A DNA stretch of 64,000 nt from Phycisphaerae bacterium (lineage in GTDB: Bacteria; Planctomycetota; Phycisphaerae; UBA1845; Fen-1342), in contig CAXXWX010000028.1 in assembly GCA_963675745.2 (NCBI GenBank), forward strand, positions 1 through 64,000, in the 5' to 3' direction. The notes under the pieces are model-generated. The model was not told the origin of the DNA. It was given only the letters and a program-made list of their open reading frames with translations, and made no database searches. The translations under genes were made by a program, and so were the position numbers. Positions 8,609-17,894 of this stretch are shown one piece after another (position 1 is the stretch's first letter; every line of letters starts with the position of its first letter).

Positions 8609-9509
8609 TCGGGGCAACAACTCGAAGATCGGCGTGTACATCTGCCACTGCGGCGTCAATATCTCGCACACCGTCGACGTGGATGAGTGTCGTGAGTTCG
8701 CGCGGACATGCCCAAACGTGTCCGTCGCGCGCGACTACAAGTTCATGTGCTCAAACACCGGGCAGGAACTGATCCAGAGCGACATCGAAGAGCTGGGGCT
8801 CGACCGCGTCGTGGTCGCCGCCTGCTCGCCGTTGATGCACGAGACGACGTTTCGCGGCGCGTGCCAGGAGGCCGGGCTTAATCCATACCTCTTCCAGATG
8901 GCCAACATCCGCGAGCAGTGCGCGTGGGTACACGACGATCGCAAAATGGCGACGAAGAAAGCCCAGGCGTTGCTCAACGCCGCGATTCACCGCGTCGCGC
9001 TGCACGAGCCGTTGGAGCCGATGCGGGCCAAGATCAATCCGGCGACACTGGTCGTCGGCGCCGGCATCGCCGGTATCCAGGCCTCGCTGGAGTTGGCCGA
9101 GAGTGGCAACCCAGTGTACCTGGTCGAACGCGAGCCGTCGATCGGCGGGAAAATGGCGATGTTTGACAAGACTTTCCCGACCCTCGATTGCGCCGCGTGC
9201 ATCCTCACGCCCAAGATGGTGTCGATCAGCCATCGCAAGAACATCAAGCTCATGACCTATCACGAGGTGGTGAGCGTCAGCGGGTATATCGGTAATTACA
9301 AGGTCCGGTTGCGACGCAAGGCGCGCTATGTCGACCCTGAGAAGTGCACCGGGTGCGGCCAGTGCTGGAGCCACTGCCCCGCCGTGCGCATCCCCACGCG
9401 GCGGACGATTCGCCTGCCGGACAAAATCGTGGGCGAGAAAACGACAGCGCGCCAGCCGGGCACGAATGGACAGCCACAGCACAGCGGCAACGGAAACGGG
9501 AAACCATGA
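8598..9509 (+). CDS. hdrA: Heterodisulfide reductase subunit A, N-terminal half (split gene)
   Basis: KIGVYICHCG, VVAACSP, NIREQCAWVH, GAGIAG (FAD), DKTFPTLDCAACIL, RYVDPEKCTGCGQCWSHCP then a low-complexity tail; 303 aa. Confidence 0.93.
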   Translation: MSDSRGNNSKIGVYICHCGVNISHTVDVDECREFARTCPNVSVARDYKFMCSNTGQELIQSDIEELGLDRVVVAACSPLMHETTFRGACQEAGLNPYLFQMANIREQCAWVHDDRKMATKKAQALLNAAIHRVALHEPLEPMRAKINPATLVVGAGIAGIQASLELAESGNPVYLVEREPSIGGKMAMFDKTFPTLDCAACILTPKMVSISHRKNIKLMTYHEVVSVSGYIGNYKVRLRRKARYVDPEKCTGCGQCWSHCPAVRIPTRRTIRLPDKIVGEKTTARQPGTNGQPQHSGNGNGKP

Positions 9510-9919
9510 CCAAGGCGTCGGCAATCACGCTCGCGGACGCCGTCCAGGCGATCGATGCCCAGGCGCTCGGTGACTCCGGCGCCTGGGACAGGGTCCAGAT
9601 CACGTCGGGCGCGGGGGCCGATCTCATGAGCGACGTGCTGGCGTTTATCAACCCCGGCGCGCTACTGCTCACCGGCCTGACAAACGTGCAGTGCGTGCGG
9701 ACCGCGTTGATCGCCGACGTGAAGGCCCTGGTGTACGTGCGTGGGAAGCGCCCCGACGCGGCCAGCGTCGCGCTCGCACGCGAGCACAACCTGCCTTTGC
9801 TGTGTACGCCATTGACGATGTTTGAAGCGTGCGGCCGGCTTTACCAGGTCGGCCTGCCACCCTGTGTTCTGCCAGCACGCGGTGTGGATGACGATGACGC
9901 TTGTAAAGCGGCAGTTTGA
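9506..9919 (+). CDS. DRTGG-domain protein
   Basis: GADLMSDVL, LLLTGLTN.Q.VRTA, VRGKRP, MFEACGRLY; ATGA overlap with hdrA N-half. Confidence 0.85.
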   Translation: MTKASAITLADAVQAIDAQALGDSGAWDRVQITSGAGADLMSDVLAFINPGALLLTGLTNVQCVRTALIADVKALVYVRGKRPDAASVALAREHNLPLLCTPLTMFEACGRLYQVGLPPCVLPARGVDDDDACKAAV

Positions 9920-10331
9920 GATTCTCGGCGACGATTTCGCAAACGCCGGGAGCGTGTCAACTGAGATCAAGGCCCTGCTCAAGACCGTGGGCTACCCTGA
10001 GCAGGCCGTGCGCCGCGTCGCGATCGCGGTGTACGAAGCGGAGATGAACGTGGTGATGTACGCCCGGCGTGCCAGCGTGGTTGTCGATCTGGACGCCGAG
10101 TGCGTGCGAATCGTCATTGATGATGACGGTCCGGGCATCGCCGACGTAGAGGTTGCCATGCGGGAAGGCTATTCAACGGCCACGGATCGCATGCGGCAGT
10201 TGGGTTTCGGCGCCGGAATGGGGCTGCCCAACATGCGGCGGAATGCCGACGAACTGGCCATTGAATCAGAGGTTGGGCAAGGAACGCGCGTCCATCTCAT
10301 GGTGCGCGCAGGTGAGGCGAATCCGGGATAA
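9888..10331 (+). CDS. Anti-sigma-factor-type Ser/Thr kinase (HATPase_c)
   Basis: GDDFANAG, YEAEMNVV, DDGPGI, GYSTA, GFGAGMGLPN, SEVGQGT. Confidence 0.88.
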   Translation: MTMTLVKRQFEILGDDFANAGSVSTEIKALLKTVGYPEQAVRRVAIAVYEAEMNVVMYARRASVVVDLDAECVRIVIDDDGPGIADVEVAMREGYSTATDRMRQLGFGAGMGLPNMRRNADELAIESEVGQGTRVHLMVRAGEANPG

Positions 10332-10335
10332 GCAC

Positions 10336-11670
10336 ATGACGCTCCACTCGCGATCAGTGCGAATCGATCCCACCCGCTGCCGCGGGCACATGGCGTGTCT
10401 GCGAATCTGTCCGACCGAGGCCATCCGCGTACGCCAGGACGGCGCGCGGCTTCTACCGGGCTTGTGCATCGACTGCGGCATGTGCTTGAGCGTCTGCCCG
10501 ACCGGCGCCTTCTCGCCCCAGGTTGACGCATTCACCGCCTTCGATCGTTTCCGGCACACGATCGCGATCGCTTGCCCGGCGTTGTACGGGCAGTTTGATC
10601 GAGATGTGGAGCCGGAGACCATTCTCGCGTTGCTCCAGAAGCTGGGCTTCAGCGAGGCTGTCGATATGAGCGCCGCAACCGAAGCGGTGCTGCTCGAGTT
10701 GCAACGGATCCTGTCGGAGCGCAGCGGACCCGATCCGCTGATATCACCATTCTGCCCGGCGGTCGTGCGCCTGACACAGGTTCGCTACCCGTCACTGGTA
10801 AATCTGATCACGCCGCTGGAGTCGCCACAGGAATTGCTGGCGGCGGCGTTGCGTGAAAACCGGGCGCGCGTGCTGGGCCTGCGACCCGATCAGATCGGCA
10901 TCGTGTACATCACACCCTGCACGGCAAAGACCGCGGCCCTGAAACTGCACACGCAATTCGAGCCATCGCATCTCGATGGCGCTGTTGCCATCAGCCACGT
11001 GTACGGCCGTCTGCGCGCCGCGCTGGAGGACGCCGATCCGGCGCCCCGGTCGGCGAATAACGGCGTGTGCGGCCCCGGCTTGAATTGGGCGCTGGTGGGT
11101 GGCCAGGGACTCGCGCTGGAACCGGATGACGCGCTGGCGGTCAGCGGGCTCGAAAACGTCGTGCGCGCACTCGACGATATCGAGCGCGGGCAAATCCGCG
11201 ACGTGGCCTATCTCGAGTGCTGGGCCTGCCGCGACGGCTGCGTCGGCGGCTGCCTCACAGTGGGCAATCCCTATCAGGCGCGGCGCCGACTAATGCGACT
11301 CGCCCGGCAACGCGGCCTGGACTTCAACGTCGAGCGCGCCGCCGTGCGCAATCTGTCAGGACATTCGGCGCTGCGCGCGACGCCTGTTGTGCCGCGTCAA
11401 GGAAACCCGCTCGACTCTGATCTGCTGACATCGCTGGAGAAGATGCGTCAGGCGGATGAGCTGCGCGCCAGGTTGCCGCAAAACAACTGCGGTGCATGTG
11501 GCTCGCCGAGCTGCCGCGCCTTCGCCGAGGATGTTGTGCAGGGTCGCGTGGATGAAACGGACTGCGTGTTCCTGCTGCGCGGGCGTCTGCACGCCGCGAA
11601 ACATGAGTTGGACTCCATCGTCAACCGGTTACCCACCGCGCGGCTGGGCGCGACGGAGGACGCCGAATGA
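10336..11670 (+). CDS. Putative sensory [FeFe]-hydrogenase-like protein (group D-like architecture)
   Basis: N-terminal ferredoxin motifs (CRGHMACLRICP, CIDCGMCLSVCP); divergent H-cluster motifs SPFCP, TPCTAK, ECWACRDGCVGG; C-terminal FeS domain LPQNNCGACGSPSC. Confidence 0.85.
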   Translation: MTLHSRSVRIDPTRCRGHMACLRICPTEAIRVRQDGARLLPGLCIDCGMCLSVCPTGAFSPQVDAFTAFDRFRHTIAIACPALYGQFDRDVEPETILALLQKLGFSEAVDMSAATEAVLLELQRILSERSGPDPLISPFCPAVVRLTQVRYPSLVNLITPLESPQELLAAALRENRARVLGLRPDQIGIVYITPCTAKTAALKLHTQFEPSHLDGAVAISHVYGRLRAALEDADPAPRSANNGVCGPGLNWALVGGQGLALEPDDALAVSGLENVVRALDDIERGQIRDVAYLECWACRDGCVGGCLTVGNPYQARRRLMRLARQRGLDFNVERAAVRNLSGHSALRATPVVPRQGNPLDSDLLTSLEKMRQADELRARLPQNNCGACGSPSCRAFAEDVVQGRVDETDCVFLLRGRLHAAKHELDSIVNRLPTARLGATEDAE

Positions 11671-12014
11671 AGCTGCGCGCACTGATTGATGCACTAGGGC
11701 TAAAGCTGTGCTGCGGAGAGGCGCACCTGGAACGTGAGGTGACGGGTGGCTACGTCGGCGACCTGCTGAGCGACGTGGTGGCCAACAGTCACGCCGGCGA
11801 CATTTGGGTCACGCTTCAGGCGCACGAGAACTCTGTCGCCGTGGCGAGCCTGCGCGATCTGGCCGGCATCGTTTTTGTGGGTGGTCGCGAGCCGAACGAG
11901 GAGACCGCGCGGCAAGCCGAGCAGCGCGGCGTACCTCTGCTGAGCAGTTCCGAACGGGCTTTTGAGGTGGTTGCGCGCCTGGTCGAGGCCGGCGTGCCGA
12001 CGAGACGAGCGTGA
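11667..12014 (+). CDS. DRTGG-domain protein
   Basis: VTGGYVGDLLSDV, IWVTLQAHENSVAVASL. Confidence 0.85.
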   Translation: MKLRALIDALGLKLCCGEAHLEREVTGGYVGDLLSDVVANSHAGDIWVTLQAHENSVAVASLRDLAGIVFVGGREPNEETARQAEQRGVPLLSSSERAFEVVARLVEAGVPTRRA

Positions 12015-12015
12015 G

Positions 12016-12750
12016 ATGCGGACTTTTCGCGCCGATTTGCATGTCCACACGTGTTTGTCGCCCTGCGGCGAGCTCGAAATGACGCCGCGCGCCATCCTTG
12101 ATGTCGCCCAGCGGCGGCGCCTGGATATCGTCGGCATCTGCGATCACAACGCGGCGGCAAATGTGCCCGCCGCCGTGCGCGCCGCACACCCTGGGGCAAC
12201 GGTTGTCATCGCCGGACTCGAGGTCACGTCGCGTGAAGAGGTACACGTGCTGGCGCTCTTCGACACTCCCGCGGCGGCGCTCGATATGCAGGCGTACGTG
12301 CTCGCCCATCTCGCCGGTGAGAACGACGCCGACGTGTTTGGCCCACAGGTGATCGTAGACGACGCCGGCGACCCGGCCGAGTTGTGCCCGCACCTGCTGA
12401 TCGGAGCGACCGACCTCAGCCTGTCCGAGGTTGTTGAAGCGATACACGCCCGCGCGGGTTGTGCGATCGCGGCCCATGTCGATCGTGAGCGTTTCGGGGT
12501 CATTGGGCAGCTTGGTTTCGTGCCGCTGGCGCTGCCGCTGGACGGGCTGGAGTTCTCGCCGCGCGTCTCGCGCGCCGACGCCCGGCTGCGCTACGCCGAC
12601 AACGACCGATGGGAGCTCGTCTGTGGCTCGGATGCGCACCGCCTGGATGAAATCGGCCGCGGCTGGACTGATTTTGAATTGGAACGACCTGAGGTCGCGG
12701 AAATCCGCATGGCACTGCATCGCACCGGAGGACGACGCGTCGTCGCGTGA
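12016..12750 (+). CDS. PHP-domain metal-dependent phosphoesterase
   Basis: DLHVHTCLSPC, ICDHN, EEVH, AHVDR, SDAH. Confidence 0.9.
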   Translation: MRTFRADLHVHTCLSPCGELEMTPRAILDVAQRRRLDIVGICDHNAAANVPAAVRAAHPGATVVIAGLEVTSREEVHVLALFDTPAAALDMQAYVLAHLAGENDADVFGPQVIVDDAGDPAELCPHLLIGATDLSLSEVVEAIHARAGCAIAAHVDRERFGVIGQLGFVPLALPLDGLEFSPRVSRADARLRYADNDRWELVCGSDAHRLDEIGRGWTDFELERPEVAEIRMALHRTGGRRVVA

Positions 12751-12760
12751 AGATACGCCA

Positions 12761-13330
12761 ATGGAAGACCTCTCGCTGCACATGCTGGACATCGCCGAAA
12801 ACTCGATCCGCGCCGGTGCGCGCCTCGTTGAGCTGCGCGTGCGCGAAGACGATTCAAGCGGCCTGCTGGAGATTGAGATCAGCGATGACGGTTGCGGCAT
12901 GGATGAGCAGGCGCGCCGCGCGGCGCTGAGTCCGTTCAGCACCTCGCGCACCGAACGCGACATCGGTCTGGGCTTGCCGCTATTGGCCCAGGCGGCGCGC
13001 GCAACCGGCGGTGACTTTGAGATTCGTTCCGAACCCGGACACGGCACGCGCGTGCGGGCGACATTCATGGCCGATCACATTGACTGCAAGCCGTGGGGCG
13101 ATCTGCTGGGCAGCTTTCGCACGCTCGCCGTGGGCAACCCGCAGGTGCGCTTCGTGCTGGAAGTGATCGGGCGTGATGGAGTCGAGCGGCTCGACTCCCG
13201 CCAATTGCGCGACACGACGGAGACCAAACCCGGCCGCGCGGCGCCGAAACACGTCGCCGCACCGGCCAATCGTCTGACACAAGATCCAGACTCGAATTGC
13301 GCGGAGCATGATGATGTCGACAGTCGCTGA
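12761..13330 (+). CDS. Histidine-kinase-like ATPase (HATPase_c)
   Basis: MEDLSLHMLDIAENS, DDGCGM, PFSTSRT, GLGLPL, SEPGHGT. Confidence 0.88.
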   Translation: MEDLSLHMLDIAENSIRAGARLVELRVREDDSSGLLEIEISDDGCGMDEQARRAALSPFSTSRTERDIGLGLPLLAQAARATGGDFEIRSEPGHGTRVRATFMADHIDCKPWGDLLGSFRTLAVGNPQVRFVLEVIGRDGVERLDSRQLRDTTETKPGRAAPKHVAAPANRLTQDPDSNCAEHDDVDSR

Positions 13331-13817
13331 GTACACCGAAACGCAGACACGCGAGATCATCGATCGCTGGGGCGGCCATCCGTCCTTCGTGATCGAGATG
13401 TTGCAGGACGTGCAGCAGAGCGCGCGGTATCTGCCCAAGGACGCCCTGAGCGAAATATCCAGCGCCACCGGCGTACCGATGGCGCAGCTCTACCACCTGG
13501 CAACTTTCTACAAGGCCTTCAGTCTCGAGCCGCGCGGGCAATTCGTGGTTCGCGTGTGCCAGGGCACCGCTTGTCACGTGCAAGGAGGTGTGCGCGTGAT
13601 GGAGTCCTGCTGCCGGCATCTCGATGTCGAGCCGGGTGAGACCACGCCGGACGGGATGTTCAGCGTGGAGCCCGTCCAGTGCCTGGGCTGCTGCGGGCTC
13701 GCGGCGGTCATGACCGTGGAAGACGATCTCTACGGGCACGTGAAATCCGTGCGCGTGCCGAAAATCCTCGACAAGTACAAGAAGCTGGCGGCCAAGTCGG
13801 AGGAGTCGACGTCATGA
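13308..13817 (+). CDS. NuoE/HydC-like [2Fe-2S] subunit
   Basis: ATFYKAFSL.PRG, VCQGTACHVQG, CLGCCGLA. Confidence 0.92.
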   Translation: MMMSTVAEYTETQTREIIDRWGGHPSFVIEMLQDVQQSARYLPKDALSEISSATGVPMAQLYHLATFYKAFSLEPRGQFVVRVCQGTACHVQGGVRVMESCCRHLDVEPGETTPDGMFSVEPVQCLGCCGLAAVMTVEDDLYGHVKSVRVPKILDKYKKLAAKSEESTS

Positions 13818-14194
13818 AACTCACCGCTGATAAGCTCACGCAACTGCGTGATGAAATCCGGGCGCAGCAGTCCGCGCGCGAGAGCGAGTCGCGCGCGACG
13901 GTCACAGTCCACATGGGCACCTGCGGCATCTCGGCCGGGGCGCGCGAGGTGATGACGGCCTTGCTGGACGCCCTGCGCGAGCGAGCCGTGAATGACGTTC
14001 GCGTGACCACGTCGGGCTGCGCCGGTCTGTGCAGCCGCGAGCCGATGGCCACAGTCCAGATTCATGAACAGGCCCCGGTCAAATACGTCGAACTGAACGC
14101 CGGCAAAATCGCCCGCATTCTGGATGACCACATCCTCGGCGGCGAGATTGTCAAGGAATACGCGCTGGCCATTGGCAGTGAGAGGACCGCCTGA
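13814..14194 (+). CDS. Thioredoxin-like [2Fe-2S] ferredoxin subunit (HydD/HndB-like)
   Basis: VHMGTCGISAGAR, SGCAGLCSREP, HILGG. Confidence 0.88.
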   Translation: MKLTADKLTQLRDEIRAQQSARESESRATVTVHMGTCGISAGAREVMTALLDALRERAVNDVRVTTSGCAGLCSREPMATVQIHEQAPVKYVELNAGKIARILDDHILGGEIVKEYALAIGSERTA

Positions 14195-16080
14195 TGTTGG
14201 AGCCCACGAAACCCCAAAACGGGAACGGCAACGGCGCGGCCCCGACCGGCCAGCGCCTGCACCTGATGGTCTGTGCCGGTACCGGGTGCGTCAGTAACAA
14301 CTCGATGAAGGTCAAGGAGGCGCTGGACGCCGAAATCGAGCAGCGCGGGCTCGCGAGCGAGGTCCAGGTGATCGCGACGGGCTGCAACGGCTTCTGCGGA
14401 GTCGGGCCGCTGTTGCTGGTCCAGCCTGACGGCATCCTGTACCAGAAACTGCAGCCGAGTCATATCCCGCACCTCGTCGAAGAGCATCTGCTGAAAGGAC
14501 GGCCGGTCGAGAAGCACATGTATCAACCACCCGAGGGCGGCCATCCGATTCCGCTGATGCACGACATCCCCTTCTTCAGAAAGCAGGTGTTGATCACGCT
14601 GCGAAACCGCGGACTGATCGATCCAGAGAAGATCGACGACTATATCGCGCGCGACGGCTATCAAGCGCTCGCCAAGGCCCTCACGCAGATGACTCCCCAG
14701 CAGGTGGTCGACGAGGTCAAGGCCTCGGCGCTGCGTGGTCGCGGCGGCGGCGGTTTCCCGACCGGCGTGAAGTGGGAGACCTGCCGCAACGCACACTCGG
14801 AAGACGGTGCCAAGTACGTGATCTGCAACGCCGACGAGGGTGATCCCGGCGCCTTCATGGACCGCAGCATCATCGAGGGCAACCCCCACTCCGTGATCGA
14901 AGGCATGCTCATCGGCGCCTATGCCATCGGCGCCACCAAGGGGTTCATCTACGTCCGGCTCGAATATCCGTTGGCGCTGAAGCGCTTTCTGATCGCGCTC
15001 GGACAGGCGCGCGAGTACGGGCTGCTGGGCGAGAACATCCTCGGCACCGATTTCAGCCTCGACATCGAAGTTCACCGGGGCGCCGGCGCGTTTGTCTGCG
15101 GCGAGGCCACCGCCTTGATGGCTTCGATTGAGGGACGCGTCGGCGAGCCGCGCGCCAAATACGTCCACACCGTTGAGCGCGGACTCTGGGATCGTCCCTC
15201 CTGCCTCAACAACGTCGAGACCTGGGCCAACGTGCCATTGATCATCCGCGACGGCGCGAGCTGGTTCACGCAGCTCGGCACCGGCGATACCAGCGAGAGC
15301 CCGTGGGGCGGGTCGAAGGGCACAAAGGTGTTTTCGCTCGCCGGCAAGGTGAACAACACCGGCCTGGTCGAAGTTCCCATGGGTATCACCCTGCGCGAAA
15401 TCATCTACGACATCGGCGGTGGCATCCAGGACGGCAAGAAATTCAAGGCGGTGCAGACCGGCGGGCCATCGGGCGGGTGTCTGCCCGAGCGTTTGCTCGA
15501 CACGGACATTCTCGATCTTGAGGTCGACTTCGACACGCTGGTCCAGGCCGGCTCGATGATGGGTTCGGGCGGCATGGTCGTCATGGCCGAAGACGATTGC
15601 ATGATCGATGTGGCCCGCTACTTCATCGAGTTCCTCATGGGCGAGTCGTGCGGCAAGTGTACACCCTGCCGCGAGGGGCTCCGCAACATGGCCGCGATTC
15701 TCAAGCGCATCTGCGACGGCCAGGGGCGCGAAGGCGACATCGAGCTGCTCGAGGAATTGGGCCACGCCATGATGGATGGATCGTTGTGCGGGCTGGGCAC
15801 ATCGGCCCCCAATCCGATCATGAGCACGATTCGCTATTTCCGCGAAGAGTTCGAGGCGCACATCCGCGACAAGAAATGCCCGGCGGGCGTGTGCCGCGAG
15901 CTGGTGACGTTTTCGATCGACCCCGAGCGCTGCAACGGCTGCACGCTGTGCGCCCAGGCCTGCCCGGCGCGGGCGATCGTCGGTGAGAAGAAGAAGGTGC
16001 ACGCGATCGAGCCGACCAACTGCACAAAGTGCGGCGCGTGCTATGACGCGTGCAACTTCCACGCGGTGATTCGCAACTGA
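14194..16080 (+). CDS. NuoF/HydB-like NADH/FMN subunit with extra Fe-S domains
   Basis: N-terminal VCAGTGC..GCNGFC; LRGRGGGGFPTG, CNADEGDPGAFMDR, GAGAFVCGE, GGPSGG, ESCGKCTPCR, CPAGVC; C-terminal 2x[4Fe-4S]. Confidence 0.95.
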   Translation: MLEPTKPQNGNGNGAAPTGQRLHLMVCAGTGCVSNNSMKVKEALDAEIEQRGLASEVQVIATGCNGFCGVGPLLLVQPDGILYQKLQPSHIPHLVEEHLLKGRPVEKHMYQPPEGGHPIPLMHDIPFFRKQVLITLRNRGLIDPEKIDDYIARDGYQALAKALTQMTPQQVVDEVKASALRGRGGGGFPTGVKWETCRNAHSEDGAKYVICNADEGDPGAFMDRSIIEGNPHSVIEGMLIGAYAIGATKGFIYVRLEYPLALKRFLIALGQAREYGLLGENILGTDFSLDIEVHRGAGAFVCGEATALMASIEGRVGEPRAKYVHTVERGLWDRPSCLNNVETWANVPLIIRDGASWFTQLGTGDTSESPWGGSKGTKVFSLAGKVNNTGLVEVPMGITLREIIYDIGGGIQDGKKFKAVQTGGPSGGCLPERLLDTDILDLEVDFDTLVQAGSMMGSGGMVVMAEDDCMIDVARYFIEFLMGESCGKCTPCREGLRNMAAILKRICDGQGREGDIELLEELGHAMMDGSLCGLGTSAPNPIMSTIRYFREEFEAHIRDKKCPAGVCRELVTFSIDPERCNGCTLCAQACPARAIVGEKKKVHAIEPTNCTKCGACYDACNFHAVIRN

Positions 16081-16092
16081 TGGAGCGCGACG

Positions 16093-17853
16093 ATGGTTAC
16101 CATCGAGATTGACGGACAGAAGGTGCAGCTCGAAGAGGGCGAGCCGATTCTGCGCGGCGCCGAAAAGCTCGGCATACGCATCCCCACCCTGTGCAGCAGC
16201 CCCTGGCTCGAGCCGAGCGGCGCCTGTCGCGTCTGCTCGGTCGAGGTGGTGCGCCGCAACAAGGGACGCATTGTCACCGCCTGCAACTACCCGGCCTCCG
16301 AGGGCCTGGTCGTGAAGACGGATTCAGAGCGGGCGCTCGCGGTGCGACGGATGGTGCTGGAGACACAGCTCGCGCGCTGTTCGCACGTGCCGGCCATCCA
16401 GGAGCTGGCGCGCGAATTCGGTATCGAGAAATCACGCTTCGGCGAAGGCACCGAGACGTGCATTCTCTGCGGACTTTGCGTGCGCACCTGCGCCGAGCTG
16501 GTCCAGGCCAACGCGCTGTGTTTCGGTGATCGTGGCGTCGACCGCGTCGTTACGACACCGTTCGAGGTCTCGGCCGAGGCCAACACCTGCATTGCCTGCG
16601 GCGCCTGCGTGAGCGCCTGCCCGACCGACCACATTTCGCTGGAAGATCACGCGCTGCGGCGTGGCGCCACGCAGGACTTCTACCTTGGCCCGAAGACCGC
16701 CATCAACCTGCCCTTCCAGCAAGCTGTGCCAAAAGTCCCCTGGATCGACGCCGACGCCTGCATCAAGCTCCAGACCGGCGGGTGCGGCATCTGCGCCCAG
16801 GTCTGCGAGCCCGGCGCCATCAACTATGAACAAAAGGACGAGGAATTCGAGATTGAAGTCGGCCAGATCCTCCTGACGACCGGCTATCAGCCGTTCGCGA
16901 TGGAGCAGATGGCCCAATATGGCTATGGTCGGCTGGACAACGTCTACACGGCGCTTGATTTCGAGCAGATGTTGAACTCGACCGGGCCGACCGGAGGAAA
17001 GGTCCTCTGCAAGGACGGCAAAACCCCGCACGCCATCGGAATCATTCACTGCGTCGGCTCGCGCGATGAGACCCAGCACCGCTACTGCTCGCGCGTCTGC
17101 TGCATGTACGCGCTCAAATTCGCCCACCTGGTGACCGAGCGCACGGACGCCGAGGTTTACCAGTTCTACATCGACATGCGCGCTTTTGGCAAAGGTTACG
17201 AGGAGTTCTATTCGCGCGTCTTGAACGAGGGCGCGACGGTGATCCGCGGCAAGGTCGCCGAGATCGCGCCGGCGCTGGGGCGCGGCAACGGGACGCGTGA
17301 AGGTCACCTGCTCGTGCGCTGCGAGGACACGCTGGTCGGCAAGTTCCGCGAAATCCCGGTGGACATGGTCGTGTTGTGCAATGCCCTCGAGCCACATGCG
17401 GACGTTGCCGACGTCGCCAAGACCTTCTCGCTTTCGCGCAGCCCGGATGGTTTCTACCTCGAACGACACCCGAAGCTCGATCCGGTCGGCACGATGACCG
17501 ACGGCGTCTACATCGCCGGCACCTGTCAGGGACCAAAGGACATTCCCGACACGGTCGCGCAGGCGCAGGCGGCGGCGGCCCGCATCCTGGCGCTGATCGG
17601 CAAGGGTGAAGTGCTCATCGATCCCATTCGGGCCGCCATCAACGCCGACAACTGCTCGGGTTGCCGAATGTGCAACGCCCTGTGTCCCTACCAGGCTATC
17701 TCGTTCAACGAGGAGCTGACGGTGTCCGAGGTGAACGAAACGCTGTGCAAGGGTTGCGGCACGTGTGTGGCCGCGTGTCCCACCGGCGCCATCACCGGCT
17801 CGGGCTTTACAGACGAGCAGATCATGACCGAACTCGAAGCCATTCTGGTTTAG
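16093..17853 (+). CDS. Fusion of HydA/NuoG-like N-terminal Fe-S module and HdrA C-terminal half
   Basis: aa 1-185: IPTLC, GACRVC, TAC, CILCGLCVRTC, CIACGACVSACP. From aa ~195: KTAINLPFQQAVP, CVGSRD, YCSRVCCMYALK, FYIDMRAFGKGYEEFY, HPKL.PV, CQGPKDIPD, C-terminal 2x[4Fe-4S]. Confidence 0.92.
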   Translation: MVTIEIDGQKVQLEEGEPILRGAEKLGIRIPTLCSSPWLEPSGACRVCSVEVVRRNKGRIVTACNYPASEGLVVKTDSERALAVRRMVLETQLARCSHVPAIQELAREFGIEKSRFGEGTETCILCGLCVRTCAELVQANALCFGDRGVDRVVTTPFEVSAEANTCIACGACVSACPTDHISLEDHALRRGATQDFYLGPKTAINLPFQQAVPKVPWIDADACIKLQTGGCGICAQVCEPGAINYEQKDEEFEIEVGQILLTTGYQPFAMEQMAQYGYGRLDNVYTALDFEQMLNSTGPTGGKVLCKDGKTPHAIGIIHCVGSRDETQHRYCSRVCCMYALKFAHLVTERTDAEVYQFYIDMRAFGKGYEEFYSRVLNEGATVIRGKVAEIAPALGRGNGTREGHLLVRCEDTLVGKFREIPVDMVVLCNALEPHADVADVAKTFSLSRSPDGFYLERHPKLDPVGTMTDGVYIAGTCQGPKDIPDTVAQAQAAAARILALIGKGEVLIDPIRAAINADNCSGCRMCNALCPYQAISFNEELTVSEVNETLCKGCGTCVAACPTGAITGSGFTDEQIMTELEAILV

Positions 17854-17894
17854 CGGAATCGCCCAATGCCCTGGGAAGTTAGCGAGTGAGAGCA

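Noticed and set aside
14062..16062. 666-aa antisense ORF and other long minus-strand ORFs (7253..8671, 16432..17895, 19327..20289)
   Set aside because: Shadows of well-supported plus-strand genes in high-GC DNA; no recognisable motifs.
13308..16080. Respiratory complex I nuoEF
   Set aside because: No membrane nuo genes; extra Fe-S domains and context indicate a HydBC/Hnd-type module.
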